Positions 28,318 to 38,646 of a DNA stretch of 64,000 bases are shown one piece after another. The translations under genes were made by a program, and so were the position numbers. Source of the stretch: a virus. The stretch lies in the IMG/VR virus record IMGVR_UViG_3300043570_001741, positions 32,001-96,000 of that record; one strand, 5' to 3'. The notes beneath the pieces were generated by a model. The model saw nothing but the letters and a program-made list of their open reading frames with translations. It did not search any database and was not told the DNA's origin. Numbering within the stretch: position 1 is the first letter of the stretch; each line of letters opens with the position of its first letter.

Positions 28318-30315
28318 ATGAAAACGTGGTCTGAGTTTCTTACTTTACGTGAAAGGTGTTGGCCTGGTTACAAATCTGTGCCAGGTAAAAAAGCATATTC
28401 ACCTGGTTCTTGCGTAAAAGAATCTCCTACTATTGAAGAAGATTTGCGTAAATGGTTTAGTAAAACGGATCCAAAAGGTGGTTGGAAAAGGATCAATAGT
28501 AAGGGTGAAGCAATTGGCCCTTGTGCAAGAGAACCTGGTGAACCTAAGCCTAAGTGTATGTCTAACGAAAAGAGAGCTTCTTTAAGTAAAAAAGAAAGAG
28601 CATCTGCCGTTGCGTCTAAAAGAAAACATGACCCTAATCCTGAAAGAAAGGGTCCACCAATAAATGTGTCTAACTTTGGAAAAGGAAAGATAAGCGAAGA
28701 TATGGAAAACTTAAACGAAAAAAATGTACCAACAAGTCCAGAAAAATGGGCTCAGGCAAAAGCACAGGCTAAATCTAAGTTTGATGTTTACCCTTCTGCT
28801 TATGCCAATGGTTGGGCTGCAAAGAAATATAAAGCAATGGGTGGCGGTTGGAAATCAGTCAATGAAGTTAAAGAAGTTGGAGATGATCCAACTGGTGATA
28901 TCCCACCTGATAATCTTGTAAGAAAAGGCACTAAGGTTGTTGCTAAGCAGACGCAATTTGAAGAAACAGAGATGCTTGATGAACTATCTAACAATTTGTT
29001 ATCTCGTTACAAATCTGCTGCTACTAAACAATCTTCAAGTCTTGGTAAAGAAATGCAATCTGATTCCAGTAAGACCAAAAAGAATACAGAACTACAGAAC
29101 AAGAGGTTTTCAGGTACTATGAAAGCAACCACTAAACAATTTGCTAACGATATGAAAAACGAAGCTAAGGATCCTGGTGAATATGACCAAGAAGGTGACA
29201 TGGCCATGACACAATTGCGTAGTATTATTTACCACGCACAAGAGTTGCATGACCAATTAGATAAGGATGACAATCTTCCAGAGTGGGTTCAGTCTAAGAT
29301 TACTTTAGCGCAAGATTATATGCAAACTGCCCATGATTACATGTACTCACAGAAGAATGTAACAGAAGAAGTTGAATTGACTGAAGGTCGTCCATCACAA
29401 CGCCATCCATTGGAAGGCCATGAGTATCACAAAAAATCTGATGAGGCTTTGGTTCACATTGCTAAAGATGCACATGCAGCCGCTGAAGCAATGAAGTCAC
29501 ACAATCCAACTGCTGAGAACAAGTATCGTGACCAAGCCAATGATTCTGCAACAGTAAGACACTATCGTAAGACACATGGTATGGCTGATTGGTACAAAAA
29601 GAAGTATGGTCACATAAATGAAAGTGATGCATACGATAAAGATGTTAAACCTTCTGATAAACCACATGATAAAGAAGCCGCTGCAAAGCGTGCTAAAATT
29701 GCCGCAGTAATGGCAAGAAAGAAAATGGCTAAAGAAGAAGTTGAACAATTGGATGAGTTGTCACCTAGTACCTTACAGAGTTACAAAGTTGCTGGCCACA
29801 AGAAGTATGATAGTATTAGAAATAATACTGATGCTGATTCGATGGCTAAGAAATCTAAATTGGAAAAAGGTATTAAAACTGCTCATGCCAAGCAATTTCC
29901 ATCTAAACCTGCAGCACCTGCACCAAAGAAAGACCCTAATAGTCGTGGTTACGAACAAGGTCGTTATATGGGCGACAGCGTTGAACATGATGAATCATTA
30001 ATAGAGGGTGAAAGTTGGAAGGTAGATACAGGTTGGAAAAAATCTAAGTCGGATGAAGTTACAGATAAGTCTGGTGCAAAACATACAGCAATGTCTAGAG
30101 CAAAACATTTGGCCAAAATGGCTGCAAAGAAAAATGCCAATCCAACTAAGTCAATGCGTGAAGATGCAGAACCTGTTGAGAAAGAACCTGAAGAAGCACC
30201 AAAGAAAAGTCGTAAGGCTCAAATTGTTAAAGATGCTAAGAAATCTAAAACCGCATCAGCTGATAAGTTTCAATCGGAACCAGAATTAGGTTCCACTATC
30301 ACTAAAAATTATTGA
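28318..30315 (+). CDS. Modular putative internal head polyprotein
   Basis: MKTWSEFLTLRE; CWPGY, PSAYANGW...GGGW, LPEWVQSKIT modules; LDELS repeats. Confidence 0.55.
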   Translation: MKTWSEFLTLRERCWPGYKSVPGKKAYSPGSCVKESPTIEEDLRKWFSKTDPKGGWKRINSKGEAIGPCAREPGEPKPKCMSNEKRASLSKKERASAVASKRKHDPNPERKGPPINVSNFGKGKISEDMENLNEKNVPTSPEKWAQAKAQAKSKFDVYPSAYANGWAAKKYKAMGGGWKSVNEVKEVGDDPTGDIPPDNLVRKGTKVVAKQTQFEETEMLDELSNNLLSRYKSAATKQSSSLGKEMQSDSSKTKKNTELQNKRFSGTMKATTKQFANDMKNEAKDPGEYDQEGDMAMTQLRSIIYHAQELHDQLDKDDNLPEWVQSKITLAQDYMQTAHDYMYSQKNVTEEVELTEGRPSQRHPLEGHEYHKKSDEALVHIAKDAHAAAEAMKSHNPTAENKYRDQANDSATVRHYRKTHGMADWYKKKYGHINESDAYDKDVKPSDKPHDKEAAAKRAKIAAVMARKKMAKEEVEQLDELSPSTLQSYKVAGHKKYDSIRNNTDADSMAKKSKLEKGIKTAHAKQFPSKPAAPAPKKDPNSRGYEQGRYMGDSVEHDESLIEGESWKVDTGWKKSKSDEVTDKSGAKHTAMSRAKHLAKMAAKKNANPTKSMREDAEPVEKEPEEAPKKSRKAQIVKDAKKSKTASADKFQSEPELGSTITKNY

Positions 30316-30327
30316 GTGGTTGACAGG

Positions 30328-30335
30328 TATAAATA
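30328..30335 (+). promoter_or_regulatory. T4-type late promoter
   Basis: TATAAATA 31 nt before an ORF with AGGAG RBS. Confidence 0.85.
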
Positions 30336-30366
30336 AACAATCAAATCAGACAAATAGGAGAACAAT

Positions 30367-30720
30367 ATGTCTTTATGGGGAAATTTAGATGCCGCTAACA
30401 ATGCGCCAAAGTTTGCTGGCACTGGCGGTATCGGCTTAACAGCCAACACACAACAATTATTTTCAAACACAACATTTGCTACAACAAGCACTTCTTTAGG
30501 TATAGCAGGCCAAGCAACTGGTGTCTTTGGCATTAGTGTTACAGAAACAGCCAACACAGGCGGCGGCAGAGCCAACACAGCTGGCGCTCATGCTGGTTGG
30601 GTAATGCGTAAAGAAGGCACTGGCGGTCGTGCTGGTCGTATTCAAACAGAAACATTGGTTGCTATGGGCTCAATGACTGGTGACTTTGCAACTGCAAACA
30701 CCACTTATCCAGGTATCTAA
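30367..30720 (+). CDS. Putative virion structural protein
   Basis: MSLWG..D, HAGWV....GGRAGR...ETLVAM; late promoter. Confidence 0.65.
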   Translation: MSLWGNLDAANNAPKFAGTGGIGLTANTQQLFSNTTFATTSTSLGIAGQATGVFGISVTETANTGGGRANTAGAHAGWVMRKEGTGGRAGRIQTETLVAMGSMTGDFATANTTYPGI

Positions 30721-31097
30721 TGCGATTCTCTGAATATATCCGTGAGATGGAAATTGGTGCGGTCTCAGGGCCTGCACCAACACCAGCACTCATGGATACA
30801 AATTTAGATAGTCTGAATAAGCGTTTGGATTATGATACTGATGAAAAGTTTTTATCTCCTGAGTCTGGTATACAAAGGATTCGTAGAGTGTTGCACTTGT
30901 ATGGTTATGACATGCCAGCACTTTACGATGCCGATCCAGAAGGAGATGAGGTGGTACTCGACCTAGATACGGATTTAGGCGTGTACATTTTATATACTCT
31001 CACCGATGATAATGATTATGAGTTTTATGCTGAGATTGGCCATGAAAGTCGTATGCAAGAGCTTTTATCGGATGAGGGAGAACCAGAAGAAGAATAA
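30720..31097 (+). CDS. Acidic protein with capsid-targeting-like N-terminus
   Basis: MRFSEYIRE; coupled to the previous ORF. Confidence 0.55.
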   Translation: MRFSEYIREMEIGAVSGPAPTPALMDTNLDSLNKRLDYDTDEKFLSPESGIQRIRRVLHLYGYDMPALYDADPEGDEVVLDLDTDLGVYILYTLTDDNDYEFYAEIGHESRMQELLSDEGEPEEE

Positions 31098-31490
31098 ATG
31101 TCCTTTGATGATTTGACAAATGAAAATATAATGATGTATGCAATGAAAGCTTATGATAGGCCTAATTGTATAATGAGTGAGTTTAAAGACGATTTAAAAC
31201 GATTTAATTACCTAAAGAGATTATTCCTTAGGTACCGTAAATATGATGAAATGAGAGAACAACTGGTAATAAACCATCTAGTCGTTCTCTATAACGTTTT
31301 TGGACCAGAAGTTGCAACAAGAATGTTGTTTTTCAAAATGTCAAAAGAAGACTATTCGGCACTTAAAACATACTTGATATTTTTAAGTATTATGCCAGAT
31401 AGAGTGAAAGGTATTAAAGGACATGATATCATATCTTCGGAGATTCCTGTAGACCAAAAAGTTGTGGATGTATTAAGGGATATCAAATGA
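31098..31490 (+). CDS. Conserved T4-like hypothetical protein
   Basis: F.DL...N...YA.K.Y, EF.DDLKRF.Y.KRL, NHL..L.NVFG. Confidence 0.75.
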   Translation: MSFDDLTNENIMMYAMKAYDRPNCIMSEFKDDLKRFNYLKRLFLRYRKYDEMREQLVINHLVVLYNVFGPEVATRMLFFKMSKEDYSALKTYLIFLSIMPDRVKGIKGHDIISSEIPVDQKVVDVLRDIK

Positions 31491-31660
31491 AACCGGTTAA
31501 AGAAGATGTTGGTGCCGGTGTACCAACAAATAATGTAAGTGGCGGCCAAGTAGCCGCTCTTGGCGTTGGCCCACAAGGTGAACCTGGCGTTAAGAAGAAA
31601 AAGAAGGGTGTTCCTTCTTTCACAACATTCATTAAGAGAAAAGCGAATGTGGCTTCTTAA
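31487..31660 (+). CDS. 57-aa hypothetical protein (not in ORF track)
   Basis: MKPVKEDVGAGVPTNNVSGG...EPGVKKKKK; ATGA overlap with the previous stop. Confidence 0.6.
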   Translation: MKPVKEDVGAGVPTNNVSGGQVAALGVGPQGEPGVKKKKKGVPSFTTFIKRKANVAS

Positions 31661-32102
31661 TTGGTTACCAAATTGGATATTCTATGCGATGGGGTTAATC
31701 GGTGTATTAACCTTGGTGGTTACATATTTCATTAAGTTCTTACCAATTCCATTCGTTTACATGTACAAAACTCCATTGCAGTTGTTATCGATTGCAATGA
31801 TTGTTATTGGCACATTCATGGCTGGTGCAATATATGATAATGAAGCATGGCTTGCCCGTGTCAAAGAATTAGAAGCTCAGGTAGCTGAATCTGAAAAGAA
31901 ATCTGTCGAGAAAAATGTAGAGATAGTAGAGAAGATTGTACATAAAGAAAAAGTCATCAAAGAAAAAGGTGACGATATCATTAAGTATATTGACCGAGAA
32001 ATAGTTAAAAAAGAAGAAGTTATTAAGTACATTGAAAACTGTCCAGTACCAAAGGACATTATTGATGCACATAACGCAGCAGCTGCAATGGGTAAAAAAT
32101 GA
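31647..32102 (+). CDS. Inner-membrane spanin (Rz-like)
   Basis: N-terminal TM segments, coiled coil, C-terminal Cys; followed by a lipoprotein. Confidence 0.7.
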   Translation: MWLLNWLPNWIFYAMGLIGVLTLVVTYFIKFLPIPFVYMYKTPLQLLSIAMIVIGTFMAGAIYDNEAWLARVKELEAQVAESEKKSVEKNVEIVEKIVHKEKVIKEKGDDIIKYIDREIVKKEEVIKYIENCPVPKDIIDAHNAAAAMGKK

Positions 32103-32365
32103 AAGCTGTTATATTAACTATTACTTTTTTGTTGTCTGGTTGCACTATGTTTGTTCCTGTCAAAAGGAATTTCCCCGAAGCACCTGTTACTTTAATGGTT
32201 AAATGTCCTCAGTTAGAAACTGTACAAGGTGATAAAGTTGCTATAACGGATATGTTGAAGACTATTGTTAACAACTACCGTTTATATTACGAATGCTCTA
32301 ATCGTGTTGAAGGTTGGGGTGATTGGTACGTAGAACAAAAGAAAATATTCGATAGTGTTAAATAA
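32099..32365 (+). CDS. Outer-membrane spanin lipoprotein (Rz1-like)
   Basis: Lipobox LLSGC; P..P..L...CP.L, NY..Y.EC. Confidence 0.75.
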   Translation: MKAVILTITFLLSGCTMFVPVKRNFPEAPVTLMVKCPQLETVQGDKVAITDMLKTIVNNYRLYYECSNRVEGWGDWYVEQKKIFDSVK

Positions 32366-32375
32366 AGGATAAGAT

Positions 32376-32639
32376 ATGAAACTAATAATTATTCCATTGA
32401 GCCTTCTATTGTTAGTTGGCTGCGCTAGTAAAGATTATGCAGTATATGTTGATGCTCAAAAGTCTATGTCTAAAGACCTAACAATCAGCGAGACCGCAAG
32501 ACTTGCCGCTTTGACAGATATGGCAAAGAATTCCGATCCAGCAGTTCGTGCTACTGGTATCATGTTACTGCAACAACTACAACAAGGTAGTAAAACTGTC
32601 ACAGTTGAACCACCTAAGAAGAATTGGTTAGGCCTTTAA
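32376..32639 (+). CDS. Lipoprotein
   Basis: Lipobox LLVGC. Confidence 0.7.
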   Translation: MKLIIIPLSLLLLVGCASKDYAVYVDAQKSMSKDLTISETARLAALTDMAKNSDPAVRATGIMLLQQLQQGSKTVTVEPPKKNWLGL

Positions 32640-32648
32640 GGATACAAA

Positions 32649-33272
32649 ATGGAATTAACAGTACAACAATTAAAACAACTATTACCAAAGAATCCATATG
32701 TGGATCATTGGCACCATGCATTAGAACAGTTATTGCCTGACTATGAAATCAATACACCAGAACGTATTGCAGCCTTCATTGCTCAATGTGCTCATGAATC
32801 TGGTGGTTTCACGGCACTCAAAGAGAATTTGAATTACAAAGCCGCATCTTTACGTAAACTATTTCCAAAGTATTTCCCTGATGATGCAACAGCAAGCCAC
32901 TATGCATCACTACCAAACAAACAAGAAGCAATTGCGAACCGCATCTATGCCAGTCGCATGGGTAATGGTGATGAGGCCTCTGGTGATGGTTATCGGTTCT
33001 GTGGTCGTGGTCTGATTCAATTGACCGGCCGTGATAACTATACATTTTTTGCAGGCAGCTTAGAAATTTCTGTAGAAGAAGCAACTGAGTATTTGGCCAC
33101 ATTTGAAGGTGCCGCTCAATCAGCATGCTGGTTCTGGGAAACAAACAAACTTAATCAATGGGCAGACAAAGGTGATATTGTTACATTGACTAAGAGAATC
33201 AATGGCGGTACTATTGGACTTGAAGACCGTATCAAACATTATGAACACGCATTACATGTCTTAGGAGTTTAA
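32649..33272 (+). CDS. GH19 endolysin
   Basis: AAFIAQ..HES, ENLNY, GRGLIQLTG..NY, INGG..GL.DR. Confidence 0.92.
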   Translation: MELTVQQLKQLLPKNPYVDHWHHALEQLLPDYEINTPERIAAFIAQCAHESGGFTALKENLNYKAASLRKLFPKYFPDDATASHYASLPNKQEAIANRIYASRMGNGDEASGDGYRFCGRGLIQLTGRDNYTFFAGSLEISVEEATEYLATFEGAAQSACWFWETNKLNQWADKGDIVTLTKRINGGTIGLEDRIKHYEHALHVLGV

Positions 33273-33273
33273 G

Positions 33274-33798
33274 ATGGCCAAAGAAGTTAAAGAAGTAAAG
33301 AAAAAAGACGAAGATTGGATGACCAAAAAGTGGCGTCCAATGATGGCGATGATGTACATGGTATGCTGTCTTTTCGACTTTGCTTTATTTCCAATCATGT
33401 TCACAGTTGTTCAGTTCTGGGAAGTTCAGGCTGCTAATGATGCATTCAGACAATGGGTTCCAATTACATTGCAAGGCGGTGGATTGTTTCACGTTGCAAT
33501 GGGTGCCGTATTAGGTGTTTCAGCATATGGTCGTACACAAGAAAAGGTTGCAGGTGCAGCAAATGTTTCAACCGGTTTACCAACAGGCGGAGTTTCAACA
33601 CCTACACTATCTTCAGCAGTACCAATGCAAACCAGTTTTAACGCACCAATGCAGTCAAATGCTTACGCACCATCATTTGGCACACCAACAGGTTTCAACG
33701 GAACTTCACAACAAGATTTCAATCAACAACCAATCTCAGTAACAGTAGGCTTTGGCGGTAAAATGGCGCCACCAGCTGCACCTCAACCATTACTCTAA
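33274..33798 (+). CDS. Putative holin
   Basis: WRP.M, two TM segments, LGV.AYGRTQEK; adjacent to the endolysin. Confidence 0.65.
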   Translation: MAKEVKEVKKKDEDWMTKKWRPMMAMMYMVCCLFDFALFPIMFTVVQFWEVQAANDAFRQWVPITLQGGGLFHVAMGAVLGVSAYGRTQEKVAGAANVSTGLPTGGVSTPTLSSAVPMQTSFNAPMQSNAYAPSFGTPTGFNGTSQQDFNQQPISVTVGFGGKMAPPAAPQPLL

Positions 33799-33807
33799 GG
33801 AACTATT

Positions 33808-34017
33808 ATGAAAAAAATTATATTTGTAGCAGGTTTATGTTTGGCATTATCAGGTCAGGCAATGGCTGAAGGTGAGACAAAGAAAGTTTGCGTTGACGTT
33901 AAAGACAAAGCAGGTAAGGTTGTCAATGACGCCAAAACAGGTAAACCAAAACAGTCTTGCAAAGAAATGAAAGTCCATAAGAAGTTGGAAGGTACTAAAG
34001 TGCCTGAGAAGAAGTAA
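33808..34017 (+). CDS. Small secreted protein
   Basis: Signal peptide ending in AMA; Cys pair. Confidence 0.65.
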   Translation: MKKIIFVAGLCLALSGQAMAEGETKKVCVDVKDKAGKVVNDAKTGKPKQSCKEMKVHKKLEGTKVPEKK

Positions 34018-34451
34018 TGTCTGACCAAGAGCTTGTTGACTTAAAGGTAGATGCTGGTGTTTTAAAGACCCAAGTATCGACAATAATCATCCTTTGTGAT
34101 AAGATGGACAAAGTTATTGAAAAGTTAGCTAACGCTCAAGAAAAGATTGTCGAACAAATTTATACCGATATGAGAAAACGAGAAGATGAAAAGGACGCTG
34201 ATGTGAAAGAATTACATTCACGAATTACCACAATCAGCCGTGAGTTATCTGATAAGGTAGAATTAACTGAGCGTAGGATTATGGATGAAATCAAATGCCT
34301 ACGCAACGACATTGCCGAACACAACAAGAAAGAAGATTCTGAACTGAAGAAGATTCTCGAATGGAAATGGATGGCTGCAGGTGGTATAGTGGCACTTGCG
34401 TGGTTGTTCTCACATGTTAACCTAGATATGCTCGGCAAATTAGTTAATTAA
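34017..34451 (+). CDS. Coiled-coil protein with C-terminal TM segment
   Basis: ELHSRITT, LEWKWM..GG then hydrophobic tail. Confidence 0.65.
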   Translation: MSDQELVDLKVDAGVLKTQVSTIIILCDKMDKVIEKLANAQEKIVEQIYTDMRKREDEKDADVKELHSRITTISRELSDKVELTERRIMDEIKCLRNDIAEHNKKEDSELKKILEWKWMAAGGIVALAWLFSHVNLDMLGKLVN

Positions 34452-34490
34452 ACTTGACAAACACCTTCGAGTGTGTTATATTATGAGTCT

Positions 34491-35522
34491 ATGTCAATAT
34501 CTACAGATTCAAAATATATCAAACTGGTGTCTTCCCGCTTGCGTAACTTCAAGCAGAAAGATGCCTATCTATGGAACTTCTCTTGCCCTATTTGTGGTGA
34601 CAGCCAAAAGAACAAATTAAAGGCAAGAGGGTATGTGTTCAAAAAAGGCAATGATTTATTCTATCGTTGCCACAACTGTGGTTCTGGAGTAAATCTTGCC
34701 AACCTTCTCAAGCATGTCGATTCAGCCTTGCACAAAGAGTACGTTCTTGAAAGATACAAATCAGGAGAATCGGGAGCGACACGCCTTCTACCAGAAGCGA
34801 TTTCAGTCCCATCTCCAAGATTTGGAAAAGTCGAGAGAGTTCGTACCTACGAAAAGGCAGAATATTGTGACCGCCTTCAAAGTGGACATTTTTGTTTAGA
34901 GTATCTCCAACGCAGGCAGATACCTGAGAAGTATTACAAATCGTTACTATTTACTAATAAGTACAGACAATTTGTAATTGAGGCATTTCCTACGAATGAT
35001 AAAGATATTGTAGATGATGCTCGTCTGGTCATTCCCTTCTATGACCAATACAATGAACTGATTGCTCTATCTGGTCGTGCATTAGAAAATTCTAGTGACA
35101 AACTACGATATGTGACAGTTAGAACCAATGATAGTACAGACAAACTTATCTATGGTTTGGATAGAGTCGACCTAACCAAACCAGTTAAGATTGTAGAAGG
35201 TCCTATCGATTCCCTTTTCCTTAATAACTGTGTTGCCTCTGGTGATTCAAGTCTAGCTATTGCTGCTAAATTTGTTGATGCAGAACAAAAAATATTATTA
35301 TTTGATAATGAACCTCGAAATAAAGAGATTGTGAAGTTAATGCAAGATGCAATCAAATTAGGTCACAATGTTGTCATTTGGCCTAATACTATGAATGGCA
35401 AGGATATTAATGAGATGGTGATGAATGGCATTTCGGTGGATGAAATAGAAAGTATTATAAGTAGTAACACCTTCACAGGTCTTGAGGCGCAAGCCAAATT
35501 TACATTTTGGAAGAAAATATGA
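34491..35522 (+). CDS. 61: DNA primase gp61
   Basis: CPICGDS...CHNCG zinc finger, EGPIDS, DNEPRN, KDINEM; promoter TTGACA-17-TATATT at 34454-34482. Confidence 0.95.
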   Translation: MSISTDSKYIKLVSSRLRNFKQKDAYLWNFSCPICGDSQKNKLKARGYVFKKGNDLFYRCHNCGSGVNLANLLKHVDSALHKEYVLERYKSGESGATRLLPEAISVPSPRFGKVERVRTYEKAEYCDRLQSGHFCLEYLQRRQIPEKYYKSLLFTNKYRQFVIEAFPTNDKDIVDDARLVIPFYDQYNELIALSGRALENSSDKLRYVTVRTNDSTDKLIYGLDRVDLTKPVKIVEGPIDSLFLNNCVASGDSSLAIAAKFVDAEQKILLFDNEPRNKEIVKLMQDAIKLGHNVVIWPNTMNGKDINEMVMNGISVDEIESIISSNTFTGLEAQAKFTFWKKI

Positions 35523-36199
35523 AGATAGAATTGATTAGTTATTCTCAACGTCCAGCTGGAGTTGACCACGATGATACGTTAACAGATTTGGTAGCATACT
35601 GTGCAAGGGTCTCAAACCCAAGTAATCAGAACAATAAAGATACCGCTGAGAAGTTGATTCGCTATTTGGTCAATAACCAACATTGGTCGCCACTTGAGAT
35701 GGTGAGTATGTGTTTAGAAATCGAAACTACACGGGATATTGCAAGGCAAATGCTGAGACACAGGTCATTTTCATTCCAAGAATATAGTCAACGATATGCT
35801 GACCCTACAAAGGACTTGGAATTTGTAACAAGAGATGCTCGCAAACAAGATAATAAAAATAGACAAAACAGCATAGACTTAGACATTCAAAATAACGATT
35901 CGGATAGGTTCCTACAATATCAATGGGAACGTATGCAAGAAAATGTTATTAAACAATCTCAAAATGCTTACGAATGGGCAATAGTAAAAGGTATTGCCAA
36001 AGAGCAGGCTCGTGCAGTATTACCAGAAGGCCTGACTGTTTCACGTTTGTATATGAACGGAACTTTGCGTTCTTGGATTCACTATATACAACTCCGTTCC
36101 GCTAACGGCACACAAAAAGAACACATGGACATAGCACTCAAATGTGCAGAAGTAATTGCCAAAGTATTTCCGATGGCAAATGAGTATATCACAAAATAA
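35519..36199 (+). CDS. thyX: Flavin-dependent thymidylate synthase
   Basis: HWSPLE, RQMLRHRSFSFQEYSQRY, EQAR.VLP, TQKEH. Confidence 0.95.
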   Translation: MKIELISYSQRPAGVDHDDTLTDLVAYCARVSNPSNQNNKDTAEKLIRYLVNNQHWSPLEMVSMCLEIETTRDIARQMLRHRSFSFQEYSQRYADPTKDLEFVTRDARKQDNKNRQNSIDLDIQNNDSDRFLQYQWERMQENVIKQSQNAYEWAIVKGIAKEQARAVLPEGLTVSRLYMNGTLRSWIHYIQLRSANGTQKEHMDIALKCAEVIAKVFPMANEYITK

Positions 36200-36216
36200 T
36201 AATAATTGGAGTAATA

Positions 36217-38007
36217 ATGAATATCATTCATGGTATTAAGGTAGACTATTCTCGGGACAATTTGTTCGATGAATTGGGTCATAAAAGATTAAAAGAAAGC
36301 TACATGAAGGAGGATGAGGTATCACCACAAGAAAGGTTTGCTTATGTTTCAAAATCGTTTGGGTCTAACGAAGCACATGCACAACGTTTGTATGAGTATT
36401 CTAGTAAGCATTGGCTTTCCTATTCTACACCTGTGCTCAGTTTTGGGCGTTCTAAGCGTGGCTTGCCTATATCATGTTTCTTACCTTATCTACACGATAG
36501 TGCAGAAGGCCTTGTCGATTGTTTGGCGGAAGTAAATTGGCTCAGTATGCTGGGCGGAGGAGTTGGAATTGGAATTGGAATCAGGTCTACAGATGATAAA
36601 AGCGTTGGCGTTATGCCTCATCTTCGCACTTATGACGCTAGTAGTTTGGCATACAGACAGGGGAGGACGAGGAGGGGGTCTTATGCTGCTTATCTTGATG
36701 TTTCTCATCCCGATATTCTTATCTTTTTAGAGATGCGTAAGCCGACTGGTGATCCCAATATGCGATGTATGAACCTACATCATGGTATCAATATTACTGA
36801 TGACTTCATGCAAATCGTTGAGAGGTGTATGCTAGATAAAGATGCTGATGATTCATGGGAACTAAAAGACCCTAACAACAATGAGGTGCGTGAAGTTGTA
36901 TCAGCCAAAGACCTTTGGCAACGTATCTTAGAAATGCGTATGCATACTGGTGAACCTTACTTACACTTCATTGATGCAAGTAATCGTGCCATGCCTGAGT
37001 TTCAAAAGAAACTAGGCCTAAGTATTAAACAATCGAATTTGTGTAGTGAAATTATATTACCGACTGATAAAGACCGTACTGCTGTATGTTGCTTATCGTC
37101 ACTAAATTTGGAGTATTATGATGATTGGAAATCTGACAAACTTTTTCTTCGGGACGTTGCTGAGATGCTTGATAACGTTCTCCAGTATTTCATTGATAAT
37201 GCTCCTGACAGCATATCAAGAGCAAAATATTCAGCTAGCCGTGAACGCTCTATTGGTATTGGCGCCCTCGGCTATCATGCTTATCTACAGAAGAATTCAA
37301 TCCCGTGGGAATCAGCATTGGCAACAGGCCGAAACATTCAAATCTTCAAATACATAAGAGAACAATTAGATGATGCAAATATCCAATTGGGTACCGAAAG
37401 AGGCGAAGCACCCGATGCGGCAGGTACTGGACGGCGTTTCTCTCATATGCTTGCTATTGCTCCTAACGCTTCTTCTTCTATTATTATGGGTAATACTTCT
37501 CCCTCTATTGAGCCCTTACGTGCGAATGCGTATAGACAAGATACTCTCAGCGGTTCTTCCTTGAATAAGAACAAGTGGCTTGATAGAATCATCAAGGGAC
37601 TTACGCAAACTCAAAATGAGTACAATGATATCTGGTCATCTATCATTGCGAATGATGGCTCTGTACAACATTTAACTTGGTTGTCAGATTGGGAGAAAGA
37701 TGTATTCAAAACCTCAATGGAAATTGACCAACGATGGGTTATTCAACATGCAGCTGATAGACAACAGTATATTGACCAGGCTCAATCATTGAACCTATTC
37801 TTTAGACCTGATGTGAACGTAAAGTATCTACATGCAGTACATTTTCAAGCATGGAAACAAGGCCTGAAAACACTATACTATTGCCGTAGTGAGAAGTTGG
37901 CCAAGGCAGATAAAGTGTCGAAGCGTATTGAACGCCAAGTTATTGAAGAAATTGACTTGAAAGCTCTTGCGGCCGATGATTCAGTTTGTTTGGCTTGTGA
38001 GGGATAA
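36217..38007 (+). CDS. nrdA: Ribonucleotide reductase class I alpha subunit (short, no evident ATP cone)
   Basis: ISCF, SNLCSEI, AIAPNASS, DQAQS.N, LYY, C-terminal CLACEG. Confidence 0.95.
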   Translation: MNIIHGIKVDYSRDNLFDELGHKRLKESYMKEDEVSPQERFAYVSKSFGSNEAHAQRLYEYSSKHWLSYSTPVLSFGRSKRGLPISCFLPYLHDSAEGLVDCLAEVNWLSMLGGGVGIGIGIRSTDDKSVGVMPHLRTYDASSLAYRQGRTRRGSYAAYLDVSHPDILIFLEMRKPTGDPNMRCMNLHHGINITDDFMQIVERCMLDKDADDSWELKDPNNNEVREVVSAKDLWQRILEMRMHTGEPYLHFIDASNRAMPEFQKKLGLSIKQSNLCSEIILPTDKDRTAVCCLSSLNLEYYDDWKSDKLFLRDVAEMLDNVLQYFIDNAPDSISRAKYSASRERSIGIGALGYHAYLQKNSIPWESALATGRNIQIFKYIREQLDDANIQLGTERGEAPDAAGTGRRFSHMLAIAPNASSSIIMGNTSPSIEPLRANAYRQDTLSGSSLNKNKWLDRIIKGLTQTQNEYNDIWSSIIANDGSVQHLTWLSDWEKDVFKTSMEIDQRWVIQHAADRQQYIDQAQSLNLFFRPDVNVKYLHAVHFQAWKQGLKTLYYCRSEKLAKADKVSKRIERQVIEEIDLKALAADDSVCLACEG

Positions 38008-38646
38008 ATGTCTCACATTATTGCAAATTTACCACCGGTAAAGTGTTTTGTGCATAAAGAATTCTTATATGATTTTGAAAAAGGATTTGGTGAACTTGTT
38101 CCTTGCTGGTGGGTAAGTATTAAATCTCTGAGAGGACAAGCCTTTCGTATTGAATCATATTTAAATGAATATGGTGCTTTGTATGATAAATTGCCAATTA
38201 GTGCATACTGTTGGAAACCAATTGAAGGCGAACCGTTACCATTAGATTGTCTGCAATTATGGGATTGTTTAAGTTATGATATTACTGTATTGAAGAAAGC
38301 ACAACTTCAATCTATGAAATGTAAATTTAAACTAAAGACAGGAGACTGGATGTACGGTGAATATATGTTCACAATAGATTCAGCTCATCCAGATTTTAAT
38401 GTTATAGATACTGGCTTCTCTGAAGATGTTGAGGACCATAAGTCATATAACTTTATTAAATGTGACAATGGACAATTTGCGTGTCAACCAAATAATAGAA
38501 TGATTGTATTTGAACCTTCAAGTAATCCTAAAGAATTAAAATATCCAGACTTTAAAGTATCAACCAAAAAATGGTCTGTTGAAACCGAAGCCAAATGGTC
38601 TCTCGGTGACACAGACACTTACATGTATGAAAGAAAAGAAAAATGA
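38008..38646 (+). CDS. Conserved hypothetical protein
   Basis: LQLWDC.SY, HKS.N....NGQFA.QPNNR. Confidence 0.7.
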   Translation: MSHIIANLPPVKCFVHKEFLYDFEKGFGELVPCWWVSIKSLRGQAFRIESYLNEYGALYDKLPISAYCWKPIEGEPLPLDCLQLWDCLSYDITVLKKAQLQSMKCKFKLKTGDWMYGEYMFTIDSAHPDFNVIDTGFSEDVEDHKSYNFIKCDNGQFACQPNNRMIVFEPSSNPKELKYPDFKVSTKKWSVETEAKWSLGDTDTYMYERKEK

